Notes: generated by a model from the sequence alone, not told the origin. 64,000 nt of DNA from Marsupella aquatica (GCA_973895155.1 OZ316894.1:2186457-2250456); one strand, 5' to 3'; counted from the stretch's first letter, positions 1-13,788 are shown. Program-made: numbers and translations.

Positions 1-56
1 CAAATGGAATACAAACCCGGCTAAGAATTCCCCTGGATAATGTACAGTGCACTCAC

Positions 57-202
57 TTGCCTGCTGCTGTTGTTGTTGGCAGAATGTATACTCGACTGTT
101 CTCGAAACCCCGCGAACGCTCGGAATGAAAAGCCAAAGGAGCCAATGGCGGGGACATCTTCCTCCCACAAAAGACGTCGGGCACCCGCAATGTCAGCGCC
201 AT
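57..202 (-). CDS. Putative first coding exon of a gene running off the left edge (MALTLRVPDVFCGRKMSPPLAPLAF..., transit-peptide-like)
   Basis: ATG at 202 and a GTGAGT donor at 56-51 on the minus strand. CT-rich 5'UTR-like sequence lies upstream (~660-690). No recognisable domain. Confidence 0.3.
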
Positions 203-2059
203 GTCTGGCTGCTTCCTGCGTGATCGACTGACAATAATCACACAAACTGTCACAAACCGAAAAATGATCGGCAATCGCGCCCACATTACTCTCTAGAGAC
301 CAAAAACTGCGCGTCGTGGCGAACTCTGCAGAAGATCTCCAGTCAACGATATGTTCCAAGTAATTAGGCGCTCGGCACACTATTATTAATCACCGCCCCA
401 TCAATCCAATCAAACGACGAAATCGAACGATACGAAATTAAGAAAAAAGCCTCCTCAGTGAGAAATTCCAATCGACGATTACACAAGTCCGAGGAACTTC
501 AATCGCAATTCCGAGAAACTCAGACAGCTCAGACGAATCTCGGGGACGAAGGGATTCAGAAGACAGAAATGACGACAACAGAAAGGATCGTTTTCTTCTT
601 TCTTCTATCGAGCAAATTGTAAACATCTCGTGAGATCTACAAATACCGAATTCACAGAGCATAGAGAGAGAGCTCTAGACAGACAGAGGTGGGAAGTTTC
701 GTACTTCGATGATTCCAAATTTCCAATGTTACACAAGCAATCCGGATTGGGGAGCTTGCCAGTAGTGGGTGTTGCGAGTCCTAGGCCGGAATTCCTTCAC
801 TGCTTAGAATTCGTGGGCTTGATTGATGAGTACCGAACCGATTTGCAAGGGAGTGCAGCTTTCGAGAGATCAGGGGGGAAACATCTCAACAATGTGAAAC
901 AAACAACTGGGAATTTTTTTCGTCGACTAGACTTTGGGCAATGAGGTACTCACGTGAAAGAATGACGGTGACTCACACTGTGAGCTGTTTTCTATTGAGA
1001 AGAAACTTGAGAAACTAAAGCCAATGCCAGGATGGACCTCCACTTTGTGTATGAAGCCCAGATGGACTGGCATAGCTTGGATGGATTTTCTCAGAACATT
1101 GAAATAGACTCAGATAACATTGTTTACACTGTTGACTGAAATGTGACCTGTAAAGGGTCTCCTTATTGTTTGCAGGCGGTTTTAATGACATTATCTAACT
1201 GGTTTCCTTGGTAAGTTCACAACTTGACTACTTTCAATGTCATGCCATTACTCAGGATCATAATGACATCTTGACTATTTTCTCTCCCCAAGGTAGTCAA
1301 AGTTATCAGCTGCAATCTGCGACCGGGTCCTTGTTCTTTTTGGTGTAACAACAATGATTGATTTACGCATACCATTGGGATGGGCAGGGACAATGTCTCT
1401 ATGCATCCAGGCTTTGTATTGAAGTGCAATGGAGGATGATTTTTAAGCTTTCTCCTTCTTTCTTTCCGAGGGGCAAGTGTCACGTCGTGTCAAGGGGAGG
1501 AAGCCAAGAACAGTCTTTAACTCAAACAGATTTACAAATAGCCATCTGATTTGGCTGATGGGGTCCATGGCTAGGTGGGACTCTGGGTAATGGAAAACAA
1601 AAAACTTGACAAGATTTGCCAAAAATGGTGAAGGCTGTTTAGAGAGGTGAAATCTAGGTAATTTTGTGACTAGAAAAAAGGCTTGTGCAAGGCTCACAAC
1701 TCAATTTAAGGAAAGCGAAATGGCTACAAAAGTGTATTTAGCGTGTTGGTAAATTGGCCAAATTGGGTTGTATTATGGACAGATCCAAGGTGATTTGACC
1801 ATTCATTTGTGCATTGGTTCAACTGCTCTGAATTGAAATAGGGGCAAAAAACGGCCAGAAAGGCTTTGTAATGTGCTTACTTAGCTCTAAGCTCCATGGC
1901 AAAAGAAAAACAGATTTACAAGTAACCCCAAATAAACTATGTGGCAAATGTGGTCACGTTGCCATTCCAACAATAACGACCACGGCAGTCTTCAAGTAAC
2001 GACCTGACTGGATGATGGGGTCTGGACTAGTTAAAATTAACCTCTGGTGAGAAGTTTCA

Positions 2060-2270
2060 GCACGCTCAACTGGGCTAGTGACTTGGCATCTGGAGGTCAG
2101 GGGTTCAAATCCACCCTCACATTGCCCCTTTGCTCAGTTGCAGTTAAGGCACTCCCAACACAGGTTGCCTCAGTCTCAAAGGCTCATCCGAGGGCTCATC
2201 TCATGGTGGCGAATGGCAGGTTGATCAGGCTTCTGGCGACTCGTTTCTGATATGCAGGTGTCTATACTTC
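2060..2270 (+). mobile_element. Possible tRNA-derived SINE head
   Basis: A-box-like CGCTCAACTGG (~2063) and B-box GGTTCAAATCC (2102-2112) at tRNA-like spacing. No full cloverleaf and no TSD identified. Confidence 0.3.
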
Positions 2271-3157
2271 CTTTGATTTATTAAATTGATTCAAGGTCAA
2301 TCCCAAGGTCAATTTCAAGTGTCCAAACACAACAACAGACTGCTTCAATTCAGAGACAAGGTTCTCTTTCTGAGCACAATACCCTTCAGCTGAACCCAAA
2401 GCCCTGCGCTCAGACATGAGGCCTGGGCATTTTACAACTTTGGGCCTTGAACTAGTTGAGAAAAGGATCATTGGTAAAAATAGACAATTTTTGTTCACTG
2501 TAAAACCGATGGGAGAACTTACTGATTGAAGATTTCTCCCTATCAATGCTTTTATAATTGTGTGGACTGGCAAAAGTGAGTCGTAGGTTTAAACCCTCTA
2601 GTCGGGCCTACAGTCACTCCAAACATATCGACAATCGACTATAAGAATGTTCCTCTTCACAATCTTGTGACCAGCCCCTTTTTTCATGTCACGTTTTTTG
2701 GTGTACATGAGAGGACGGTGTATAAAGCACAGTTCCTGTCTGATAAACGACTCATCCTTATTTTCCCTTTTTGAAGGGATATCATAACTCTCTTTCGGAT
2801 GTATGATGTCCATTTGAATATAGACAAACCCATCCTCAGACCTTGCACCAATAGACAACTGTATTTCCAACATATTATTGTGGGACTAGGACAGTTTGGG
2901 GCTGTTTCCACCTGGGTGTTCCTTCAGATAGCCTCCTCCCTCTAATCTCTCGACTTCTTCACATATTCAGCCTGAGGTGCGCAAAGCATGGGTGTAACCA
3001 AATAATTATTCTATGAATTGAGGTACAACCCACCCAAACCTGCCAGGAACAGGCGGAAAAAGAATAATCCCACAATGTTCAAGAATTTGGGAACTGGGAG
3101 AATTCTGCACTCAGCTCCACTTTTTAGTGTATCAAGCTCATTTTGTGTTGTAGATTG

Positions 3158-6100
3158 TCAGGCCCAAAACCATGGATAGTCAAGAGATGTTACGAATGGA
3201 CCTTCTTGAACAGGAAGCGCCAGTCTGTGCTTGGCATTCATGATCTCGCCAATGAATCTGCCAACGTTCGAGCTGTACGTTACGATTGCATGGTCCGAGA
3301 TCTTCTCCAGGATGTAAAGACTGGCAAGGAAATGGACTTGCATGTTGTGCTTGAGGGCTTTTGGCACATTCATGTGGGCATGAAATTTCTCTTGCAAATG
3401 GTCATCCTCAATCCAGTCGTACATGATATATCGCTTCCCGTCCTGTTGAAGCTGAGGAGCTGGAGCTGGAGCCGAAGCTGCTGAATCGTTCCCATTGAGC
3501 AGTGTAACGAAAGCCTCCCTTGCTGTCCCTGAATCGGAGATGAGAAAAATGGATGGCCACTGGAAGCCATACTCCTCCTCCATCCGCTTCATATGCATTT
3601 CATAATCTTCGATGGGACGGTAAATCCCATGCTCTATAAAGTAAGGATCCTCAGCCTGCAAGACCCACACGTCAAGTAATTATTTACACACTGTCCCAAC
3701 TCTGTTCTGGACCCTGACGCGAGCAAGAAATCCAACGCCTCCACAACAGTCTCATCAAAGACGACTGTTAGAAGTTGTTCAAACTAGTCCATACATCCGT
3801 CGTGGGGAGATAACATACACAAGCATTTCTCATTGTTTTTTTTTGGGGGGGAGACAAACATACACGCGGGTTTCTAGAAGATCTGAATTTCAGCCTTCAG
3901 ATCTGAGGATTGAATTGTGCGTTTACTCAAGCAGCAATGCTTTACATGTCTCTCCTGCCACTGGGATAGACAGTGTAATAGCAAGAAGAACTACATTTTC
4001 CAATTATGTTTTGCCAAACAATATAGCTACCACATATACATTTCAGTACGGAAATGGATTGTATAGAAAAATTAACTTTGAATGAAGTGCTGGGAGCTCT
4101 GTTCACAAACAACTTCAGACCATGCTAACTTACGCAACAACTTCAGTGCCGAGAAAGAATGACAAACGGTGGATAGAACAAATCGAAAGGAGGGATGGAT
4201 CCTATTAAGTTGAACACGATCACATACTGATTTATCTGTTTGTCGAATATGAATGGCGAGGACTGGTGGCTTCCACAATGGCTGGCCAAGCTCGTCTACG
4301 TATCGCGACATGATTTGGTCAGCAACAAGCTTCACGTTGCTTGACATTCGGTTCAGCATCCAAGAACTCATAAGAGAGACCATCACCATATCAACTCGCC
4401 GTAACTTCATATCCTGCCACAAGTATGCCAAGTTCAAGTTCCAGTTTTATTTTCCAAGCTACCTTAATTTAGTTAGTAAGCCAGGAGAAGACTTATGAGC
4501 CTCGGAATACACTGCCAAAGAGTTTGAATTGTGTTGCATCCTGATGTGGTGTGCAATTTGAAAGTAGAAGATGCTATAACCTACCTTTGAATCTTTCCGA
4601 TCTTTGACAGAGCATTTTCTGGTCGCCCTGGTGCCTCGCGTCGTGGTGTCGTCAACGGAGCTTGTCACCACGCCAACCTTTCCGCTTCGTCCCATATCGT
4701 TCCAAATACTCAACTTGTGATAAGTATAAGCCTCGAGAAACGATGAGAAGCTACTGGAGCCGACGCAAACATCCGTTTCCCACGTGGGCCGCTTCCAAGT
4801 CTGTACCACCGTGACGCCGCCTGGAGAAAAGAATTCGTTATCTTCCATAAGCACTTCTTCCCACGACGTTCTCTTACTGTCGTGATGATTGGGCTCGGCC
4901 AGGATTTGCGCCAGTCTCGGGTCTCCCACAGGGTTGCAGCTGGTGACATTGAAGTAGCACTGCATGTTGCGGTCGGCAATGTTTGGGCCGCAACCATCAA
5001 AGGCAGGGTGATGCTTCGGCTCCGACATTACAACAAGAGGGTGGCCTCTCACCATTGCAAAAAATAGAGGGAGAAGGAACATATGTACCGATGACAATAA
5101 GCCTGCACAGGCGATTTACCTCCAACGTTTAGTTTAGAATCAAGTTAGAATGATCTGCACCTGGGTCAGCTAGCTTCGAACTCACTTTATAATTCGCACA
5201 CCGAAAAGCTGGGCCATGTGTAAACTACTTCAAGTGACGTTCACTCACTGAATATGCGTGGCTAAAGTTTTAGACTGAAAGAGTTTCCTAGAAAATTGGA
5301 CCTCAGAGACAAATATTACTAGAAAAGAAGGTAACAGCAACTCCACAAATACAAACGAGAGACGTTAATTACGATCCACAAACTGGCGGTCTACTAGATT
5401 AAGGATACTCCCACACACTAAACGTTTCTCTGAATCGTTCTAATTATTCTATTCCGAAAATGAATGGTTTTGTAGCACCTCTAGATCGGGACAGTTATTT
5501 CAGGTCTTTTGAAAAACCAAGAACCATTCCGGATGAGAAAAGGGATTTTAAGCTATCTGTTGAGACATGAAATGAATTTGGTACTTCTCGATGAAAACAG
5601 ACAGTGCACGACCCATTTAGTATCAGATTATGGTGAACTTGGCCGGCGAATCTTTTGACTAGCTGCTAAATGTTGGATCCATGTTGGTCCATCCCATCCT
5701 TCGAATCAGCACAAGAAATCAGTCAACTGCCTACATAACTTTGCTAGTTTCTCTTTATACCTGCAACTTTCGTCAAAAAGTATTCCAGACTCATCGTCTC
5801 CGTTTCTTTACTGTCCAAGCTCATCGAATTGCAACGACAAACCCGACCCTGACAGTCCGTCGGCAATTTTTCTGGGCAGCCACCATGGATCCTCTAAGTG
5901 AAGCTATGTGCAGTGTGATACTCGATGCTCCGGAACAGTTGGGCATTGACAGGAGAATTCACACCGAAGCAAGAGGAATGAGACAGGGACAGATGAAATT
6001 AATTTCACGAGCAACAGTACGCGATCAATGCAGAGAAAATGTCACAAATGTTCAGTTTTTATTGTTTTACTCTTCAGCAGACGGTGAGAATTGATTGCGG

Positions 6101-9100
6101 TAATTCATTTAGACCGACGATGATGATCGAGAAGGTTCATTCTGCAGTATAAATATTCAATCAGATCGCCTTCCAGCATTTACAGTACATTAATGCAGTA
6201 TGCTGCCACACTTAATGTCGTGTCAAAGCTTCCCACAATGATCACTGCAGAAGGCGATGATCATGCTGACGGCACGCAAAGACTGAATGATGCATTATTG
6301 AATCTACTCCACCAGTTGTGACCTTACTCGAGAGATGACCACAATGCTTGGACCCAGTGTCACCCGACCTGCCGGGAGGGCGAACTCACGTTACATCATG
6401 ACCACAAGCATTTAAGGAAATGGGGAATCGTGAGAGACTTTCACGCAGTCGGAGCAAGACAGTGATGTCGGGAGGGAAGGGAGGGAGAGGGAACTAGGAA
6501 CAGGAAGAGGGGGACCTACCTGCCCAGCTCTGCCTTGTTTCTTTATATCCTGTTCTTCTCTGGGGCATTCGGCTATGGTGGTCGGTGCTCGAAAAACACC
6601 AAGGAACCTTGATCAACCCCTTTTCAGAGGTTTCAGGCGTGGAGGTGGGTGCCCAAGATGCTAAATAAGACTTCCAAATACTGCTTGGGCCACGAGAGTG
6701 CAGAATACGGGAAGGATGCACAGTGCACCATGTCTTGCCTTAGACCACCTTTACAGGCGATTAAAAAACTGTCATTCGCTAAGTTTACATGGGCCATAGA
6801 TCCGGTCCAGAAAGCCTATAGTCGACATAGAGTACACCCATTCCATGATTCACCTTAGTGTCCAAGAACCAAAAAAACTAATATCACGTGTGTCTCCAAG
6901 AAACACGAAGGTAATGACTAGGGGGACCTGGGAGGGGAATACTCTGTAGGCCTGAGGCATCTTTTCTGACCTGAAGCTAGATAACATGACTGTCCCTAGT
7001 GGGATGCATGGAGCATGTTTAACTGTACCCCCAATGGATCATCCCAAAGCTTCAAATTTGATGAACCTTAATTTAGTAGGTAGATAATGTTATGGGCAGA
7101 AAAAGTTATGGGCTACCAAATTCATAATCCATACCTTTTGTCATGAAGATTGGTTATATGATCACGACTAAAAGTTCTTGTAGAGGATAATGAAAATAAC
7201 CAATTCATTTATTTTTTACCTAAGTAACCTAGTGAAAATTTTATGGCCATTAATTTCCTTATGGCCAAATTAAAGGCATAGTCCACAATTTTGAAGCCTT
7301 GAGACGTCCTAATTTAGTCAGTGTGTAACCAGACATTTGTCTGCATTGCCTAGCTTACCCATCTGCAGTTGTCTGTTTGGTAGTTTTGCTCAGGGGCAGC
7401 CTTAACCCTCAACCTAGCCTTGCTCAAGCTAGGTTGACAAGACTTGGGCACCCATTGGCCCTAGAGTGCCATCCCTTCCTTTGCCATTACTCCAACCCTA
7501 AACCCTGTCTGACCTTGCACTTATAACCTTCCCGAAAGCCCAACCCTGCCAAACTGCCCTCTCCTGATCAACACCTGGCAAGCAATCCTGACCAGAACCC
7601 TACCTGACCTGCCAATGGCCCTCCCCTGGCCTGGCCTATCACATAATTATTTCAAATCTATAATAGACCGTGAATGTTCTTTACAAGTTGCACTCATTGG
7701 ACCTGAAGTTTTGCCTCAACTTTTGCGTAAACCTCCCCCCCCAACACTACACTACAGTAGTGTCATTAGGATTCGCCCAATCTATCTAAACACTATAATA
7801 AGCAATAGTGTCATAAAATAAGGTATTCTGTTACTTTAATTTCTTTCACGGTCCCCTATATGAAATGTCATGATGGTTGGAAAGCTTCACAACTCTACAG
7901 TGCATCCCTATTCATCCAGTCTATCTAAACATTATAATAAACAATTCTGTTATTTTCTCTCATGCATGGTGTGCTTATGAAATGTCATTCTAGTGGGACG
8001 CCTCCATGACAGTTGATGTGGTAATAACCATGAGATGGCCTTAAAGGAGCCATTGTGCACCTTTCCATATCCAACCCATTAGTGTGTCCATAATTCACAC
8101 ACAATGCAATCCAGTTATCACACCTACTTGTCAAATGCCTGGCTCCACGACATTCAGTACATTGTCGCTTTACTTCGTACTATAACAATACAACCTATAA
8201 ATCTTTGACTAATAAATACATTTAAATTTTGAACTGAGGAACAAAATATTTTAGAGTGAAGTTACAGGGATTATTTTAAAAAATATCCCAAAGATTGGGT
8301 TTGCCTACACCTGTTTTTCCATTGAATACACTGAAAGTTGCTTATAGAAAGGGTGAAAAAGCATATACCCTTTTTCATTTAGGGTTCATTGCCACAAAAT
8401 TGTCATAAAATTGTTAAATTCGTGAGTCATGCATTCGAAATATCATTAGACCCATGTTTGACGTAATCAGTACTTGACTATCAGCGGGATAGGATTTCGG
8501 TATACCCACATGATTACCAACTGTGGACTTGTTTAGCCTCATGACACGACGAGGTCCACGAGGGCATTTCGCTGCTGAGCTCTGAGAGGCATGGTGGCGG
8601 CCAGGCAGGTCCGATCTGGTTTGATTCATGCATACCTGCCCCTAGCATGTTGCTTATAAATCTTACGGAGAAGCACGCAACGCTGGCTGCTGGATGATGA
8701 CGACCAGTGGTTCATTATTCATTATTCTATTACTCTGATCCAGTAGCAACAGCACAAACTGGTCACGTAACGAGGACAGTATGAGCACAGTCTGTTTTGA
8801 TAACTTGATAAGGTCGAGGATTGTTGTCCACTAGCGTCAACTGCTATGGTGGGCAGTGGGAGCCCACCAACGCAGGACTAATCTATCAAAGTCAAATGAC
8901 GAAGCTTGAAAAGAGAGAAGAACGAAGGCACCTCGTTTAGTTCATGCGTGTCACGCGATCGACTGGGAATGTAGGGTATACCGTCCATCCTGTCGACTCG
9001 CCACCGAGATCGATCCCAATGTGAGGTCTACGACGTGAGCTCACTGTTGTAGTACGGGGGCGGTAGTATCGTCCTGTGCCACGTCTGGATCGATCCGAGG

Positions 9101-12100
9101 AAGAGTCGCCCTTTGGCTCATGACAGTGCTTCCTTCCATTCTTCCACTGAAGTCCACAGCTATGGAGCTCCATGAGGTCCTGTTTGGTCAGTCGTCGGGA
9201 CACTCGAGCCAAGTATCAAACTGGGAACGAGTCAATTAGAGGCTAGCTGGCAGAAAAAGTACAGCTTTCATTTTCAATTTCTGATTAAAATGAACTCGTA
9301 TCAAGAGGAGGCCATCACACCTAACTACGAGCATGTACCGACCTACCAAGAGAGCTTTGACAAAAAAGCTAACCTGTGCATCTCACTTAGAATGCTGTGT
9401 GAAAGCGTGGGCAACGGGACGAGATAGTATATATCGCTGAATTTGCAATCTATCGATGCAAATGCTACATCTACTGTTTGAGCAGCCGCCACAATTTTTG
9501 GATGCGCTTCACATAGACTGACCCATCCCACCGATCCCTCCTCTCAAAACTACTGGAAAAACTTCCGCTGAACAACAACTAGTGGGGAATTAACTATTCT
9601 AAGAGATTCGGCGGCCGCATTATCCCATATTCGCCTTTCATCCCTGAAGGATTCTTACATCGTCTTCTATCCCTGGAGGAATCTTATCCCATCAATTTGT
9701 GATCGATGTCTCATAAACAATCACCTTCCGCGAGAGGCAAGAACATGTTCAGGAACACAAATTAAATGAGATCGATCCTCGCTTTTTATGTAGATATTAC
9801 TAACGCTTGATTGCGACCTTGGTGGTCCTCCTCTTTTAGCATTTAGCTCAAAGAAAGGACAAGCAAAACGCGCGGAACTAGCTTCTGGCAGCGCGGAAGC
9901 ACGGAGTACAACGTCTTGACGATCATGCAAGCATAATCAAGGGGTATTCATGCATATAATGATCCGATAGTTTGAGTAAAACCGAGAGAAAGACAGCTGA
10001 GGAACTTACACAAGTCGGTCTCTCGGTTTTACTTAAATTTTCGGATACATAGGTAGGTCGAGAGGTAGGTCTTTCGAATCTCTCGGTTTCCTCAAACTTG
10101 TTGTGACCCTATAGTACATATTAAGCATGGCAACTGGACGCAAGAAGTTTTTTCAATAAATACGAGACGGAAGGAAAGAGAATTCGAACTTGGGTATGCT
10201 CCGTCCTCAAAATTGCAACCCCATCCATGGAAAACGTTTCGATTTCCAATCCGGTCCTCAATAGTTCAGCAACTAACTTTTGAAAATTACCCTGTGCGAC
10301 ACGATCCACGTCCTATTCAATTCCCATACAAGAAGTTCCATAGCTCTGAAAAGCTCGAAGATGGAAAAATTCGTGGAGAATAAAAGATTGGATGCGGCTC
10401 CTACCCTTTCCCAATTCGACTTGTAACTCCAACAAAAGTTGAAGTGAAATCAAACTGTCTGAGATCCTGAATCCAAGGAAGGAATTCTATTCATGTCACA
10501 CACGTGCTCAGATCCAGGTAGATACGTCCTGCGGTATAGACTAGGGTACGTAGATTGTCCAGTTAACGCTGAAACCTTCACAAATCCTGAAAATGAACCC
10601 TCCTTGCCTGGTGGCTAGTGCCCTACAGTAGACTCTTCAGGTTGCTGGATACACCTCGATCTGCCTCGATCATTAGATCAACAGGCTGAAAATTCATTTT
10701 CTCAACTAATTTGTACGTCGACCAAAACCTTCTTATTACTCTTTAAAATATCCCTACAACTCTAGCTGTCACCGCTGGAGCTAGGATTCCAGAATATATG
10801 GTTGTCAAAGTTAATCTCGTCGATCAATCCCGTGTGCTCAGCCACACATTCACTTTGCGAAATTTACAAATTAATTTCGAGGATTTGTGTGTGTTGAACA
10901 GGCACTCTTAAAGAACTAGTGATTTTGACAACTGAAGATGAAGAAAGAGGAAAGGTGATATTTGTGAGGTTCCAAATTTCACGATCTTATGTGATTCTGG
11001 TATGTGATTCTGGTTGAAAACACGTACAAATACGAGTACGGAGGTGACAGTTCTAACCTGCAACGAAGTCATAGTGCGCAATCCAGTGGGCTTCGGAGCA
11101 GTTGGTTGGAAACTGGCTCTTTTCCAGTTTGGATTTGAAGTACTGCTCTGCGTCCTCGTCCCACCATAACGACCCTTCTGACCGCAGTCTGCGCATCTTC
11201 TGTCGACCTTCCCAGATTCTGTGGTCCTCCATGTCTTGAACCCCATGGCGAATCTCCCATTCAGCTGCCCTGGTCGTCCATGTGTTCCACTTCTCAACGT
11301 TTCGCGTCAACGACGTGGAATTAGCTTCTTCTGCAAAACCCAGGTGATCAGGTACATCCTGCTTGAGCGTCTTCGTTGTTATCAAGATATATTTCAGACG
11401 GCAACGGACTTGTCGAGACCCTCAAACCTAATAGATTTCCTTGCAAGTCAGTTTCAGTTTATTTCTCTATGTTCCTAAGAACAACGAGTGAACTAAAACG
11501 AGAGAACAAACCGTATTCTTTGACTCGAAGAAACAAAATTATTTTCGCGTATAACTAAGTCTCGGGACAGTTCGTTGATGTCAGAGGGGAACAATAAGTA
11601 GCTAACTAGAAAATTAAACGGCCGATCAAATTGCCGCAAACCCGGAGAGAGCAACTACAATTCATCTCTTAAGAGCTTTGCTCGACACAAATCCTGATCA
11701 AAAGCCTTACTTTTTGCAGCAATCGATGGGATCCCAGAGACAAAATGCCCTATTTCGACCTATCCATCTCCAAGTCTTTGAGTGCCCCAAGACAAAGACT
11801 TCAGTAATCAGGCCAGTAATCAACTGCCCCCCTGCACTTGCTACATATATTAACGTTCTGTGCCTTTGCAAATTGTCGTCAGAATTCTCCATATATGTGG
11901 TCACGAAATTTCCAATTCAAACATCAGGCCCAAACTTCTAAAACCCTACTTCGTAACCTTTGAGCAGACAGATTTGAGGCCTCGAGAGCCTACATACCAG
12001 AATTTGGCAACTTCTCATACTTAGGTGGAACGAGATCGATCCAAGCAAAGTATCGAACACTGACGTAATTCTACGATCATGATGGTTCGTTGTACAATCA

Positions 12101-12227
12101 CATGCTACTCACCTTCAAATACAAGCCATGACGGCACCGAAGGTGACTCAGCCCCAGAGAAGAACACTATAAGTGCTAATCCGCCCAAAATGATCAAAGT
12201 GATTTGCAGCATCCCCTGACTCTCCAT
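3158..12227 (-). CDS. GT23 / FUT8-NodZ-like alpha-fucosyltransferase, type II membrane protein, ~529 aa; exons 12227-12113, 11330-11058, 5102-4585, 4413-4228, 3655-3158
   Basis: All introns are GT..AG with compatible phases (1,1,0,0), total 1590 nt. N-terminal TM segment LQITLIILGGLALIVFFS. FUT8-like motifs in order: QFPTNC...VAGLLSSVH, LAIHIRQTDKSAE (motif I, cf. GVHVRRTDK), IFLISD (motif II), LYILEKISDHAIVTYSSNVGRFIGEIM (motif III, cf. [23 protein letters not shown]), C-terminal VTSLDYPW. Confidence 0.85.
7035..7320. mobile_element. Degenerate MITE-like repeat; related copy at ~26715-27003
   Basis: Both copies share the left end ...CTTCAAAT(T/C)TGATG(A/G)A(C/T)CTTAA and the right end TTTGAAGC(C/T)TTGAGAC. 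The ends are inverted relative to each other. Confidence 0.4.
9962..10046 (+). other. Intronic stem-loop (~28-bp stem), pre-miRNA-like or MITE relic
   Basis: ATCCGATAGTTTGAGTAAAACCGAGAGA pairs with TCTCTCGGTTTTACTTAAATTTTCGGAT with two G:U pairs and one mismatch. A partial third arm lies at ~10080-10100. Confidence 0.45.
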
Positions 12228-13329
12228 CCCTTTCGTTGATTGCCCGTTTCCTTCTGATAGAGGTCAAGTCGACCACCAGCTTGTTGCAGATTAGTGGACG
12301 TCTCTTGGCAAAAATCTCGATCGACTCGGACTGCTCCCCGAGTCTACGGTCAGATCTCAAAAAGCCCGATGCTTTCCATGTCAACTCGATAGTGTAAGAA
12401 CATATATACAGAGAAATTTCCCTTTTTTTTTCTTCTCTTTTCTGGCTCCCGTCTGGGGTGACCGCTGCTCCGCCCCTCGAGCGTCTTTGCATAGATGGGA
12501 AGTCTGATCAGGAAGGACTGACTGATGAGGGAGCCTCAGAGGTCAGTGTGCAGTAATTCAATGAGTCCTGGCCTGGTTGACTGTCCGAGGTCGACATAGT
12601 GTCACTGGGAAGGTTTCTACTTGACCGGGTCCACCTTGACTGTGGAAGAAACCCTCTCACTTTCTCTTCGCTACACTCGTGGTCTACCTCGTGTGGCAGC
12701 CCAGCCCGCCCTCAAGCTCTGGCCATTGGAAGTCACCCAACATTCTGGTTGACCACCTAATCAATCGTCACCCAAGAATTCTACCACCTGAGAACCCAGG
12801 CTTCTGGGCCTCCATCAGAGCTGCACGCAACTGCGTTCCTTCATCGCTCCCAGATCAAAACGCTGGGACTCCGGAACGCGAGCGATGGTGGATGCTCGCT
12901 TTCTCGTCACGGTGGAGGCGGCCACAAGGCAAAATCGTGGACATAATCATACTACTGAATCCATAGACACTGATCAACGCGGCATCACTCTCCCCTTTTA
13001 CAGCACTCCACATGCAATTCTGATATTAACGGCATGTGGTCTAAATGGTACATGTGTTTTGTCCCCTTTAGCTGAAAAGCAATTTAAACTATAACTGTGT
13101 TCCCCCCATGTTTGCACTATGGTGCAACATTCCCCAAAACAAGTGACCTAGATATTAAGACCTCGCCCAACTTGAGTTCTCATTATTTTGAGTTATCAAA
13201 ACTATGCAACCTTTCAATCTCCTTCCTGGCTTCCCATTAATGAGCCTCCAGCCTTTCTGCCCAGCCCCTACACTCCTGTTGCCCGCCTGCACACCTTTCA
13301 CCCTGGTGATTATTTTCCAAGTGTAAGTA

Positions 13330-13788
13330 CACTGTCCACCCTAGTGTTGAGTTGAGTAACCCTTTAAATTTTAGTTCTCATGTAACATAGTGTGACTCAC
13401 ATTGTTTCTGGTGTCATACTAATTACACTTCACAAGAAACACTTTTGGTCTCACTAATTGAAATTTTAATTCCCATATAAAATAGTGTGACTCACTTTAT
13501 TTCAGGTGTCACACTAATTACACTTCACAAGAAGTCACACTTTTGGTCTCATTAATTGAGGTGTTTGCCTTGAATACTGCACACGGGACTGCACACTGAG
13601 AATCAAGGCAAAAACTGAGCGGGAAAATGAGACTCAAGGGGACTCTCAATACAAAGTATATAGTATGACTTAACATGCTTAATTAGAGTGATTTGGGCTA
13701 GAAAAAAAATGTTCACCACAATTTAGTGTGAGTCACTAGCTCTACTTTTGGTGTTCACACTAATTTTTTACTCACATTGTTTACAGTG
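13330..13788. mobile_element. Non-autonomous CACTG/CACTA-like relic with subterminal GTGTGACTCAC repeats
   Basis: Ends CACTGT...ACAGTG, an internal ~75-bp direct repeat (13388/13483), and GTGACTCAC/GTGAGTCAC motifs in both orientations. TSD unclear. Confidence 0.35.

Noticed and set aside
2060-2125. tRNA gene
   Set aside because: B-box present but no acceptor or anticodon stems could be formed; at best SINE-derived.
7495-7510. CCCTAAACCCT as telomerase RNA template or telomere
   Set aside because: Single telo-box in TE-like sequence; no USE/TATA Pol III promoter and no array.
8147-8157. TGCCTGGCTCC resembling the miR160 5' half
   Set aside because: Match ends after 11 nt and there is no surrounding hairpin.
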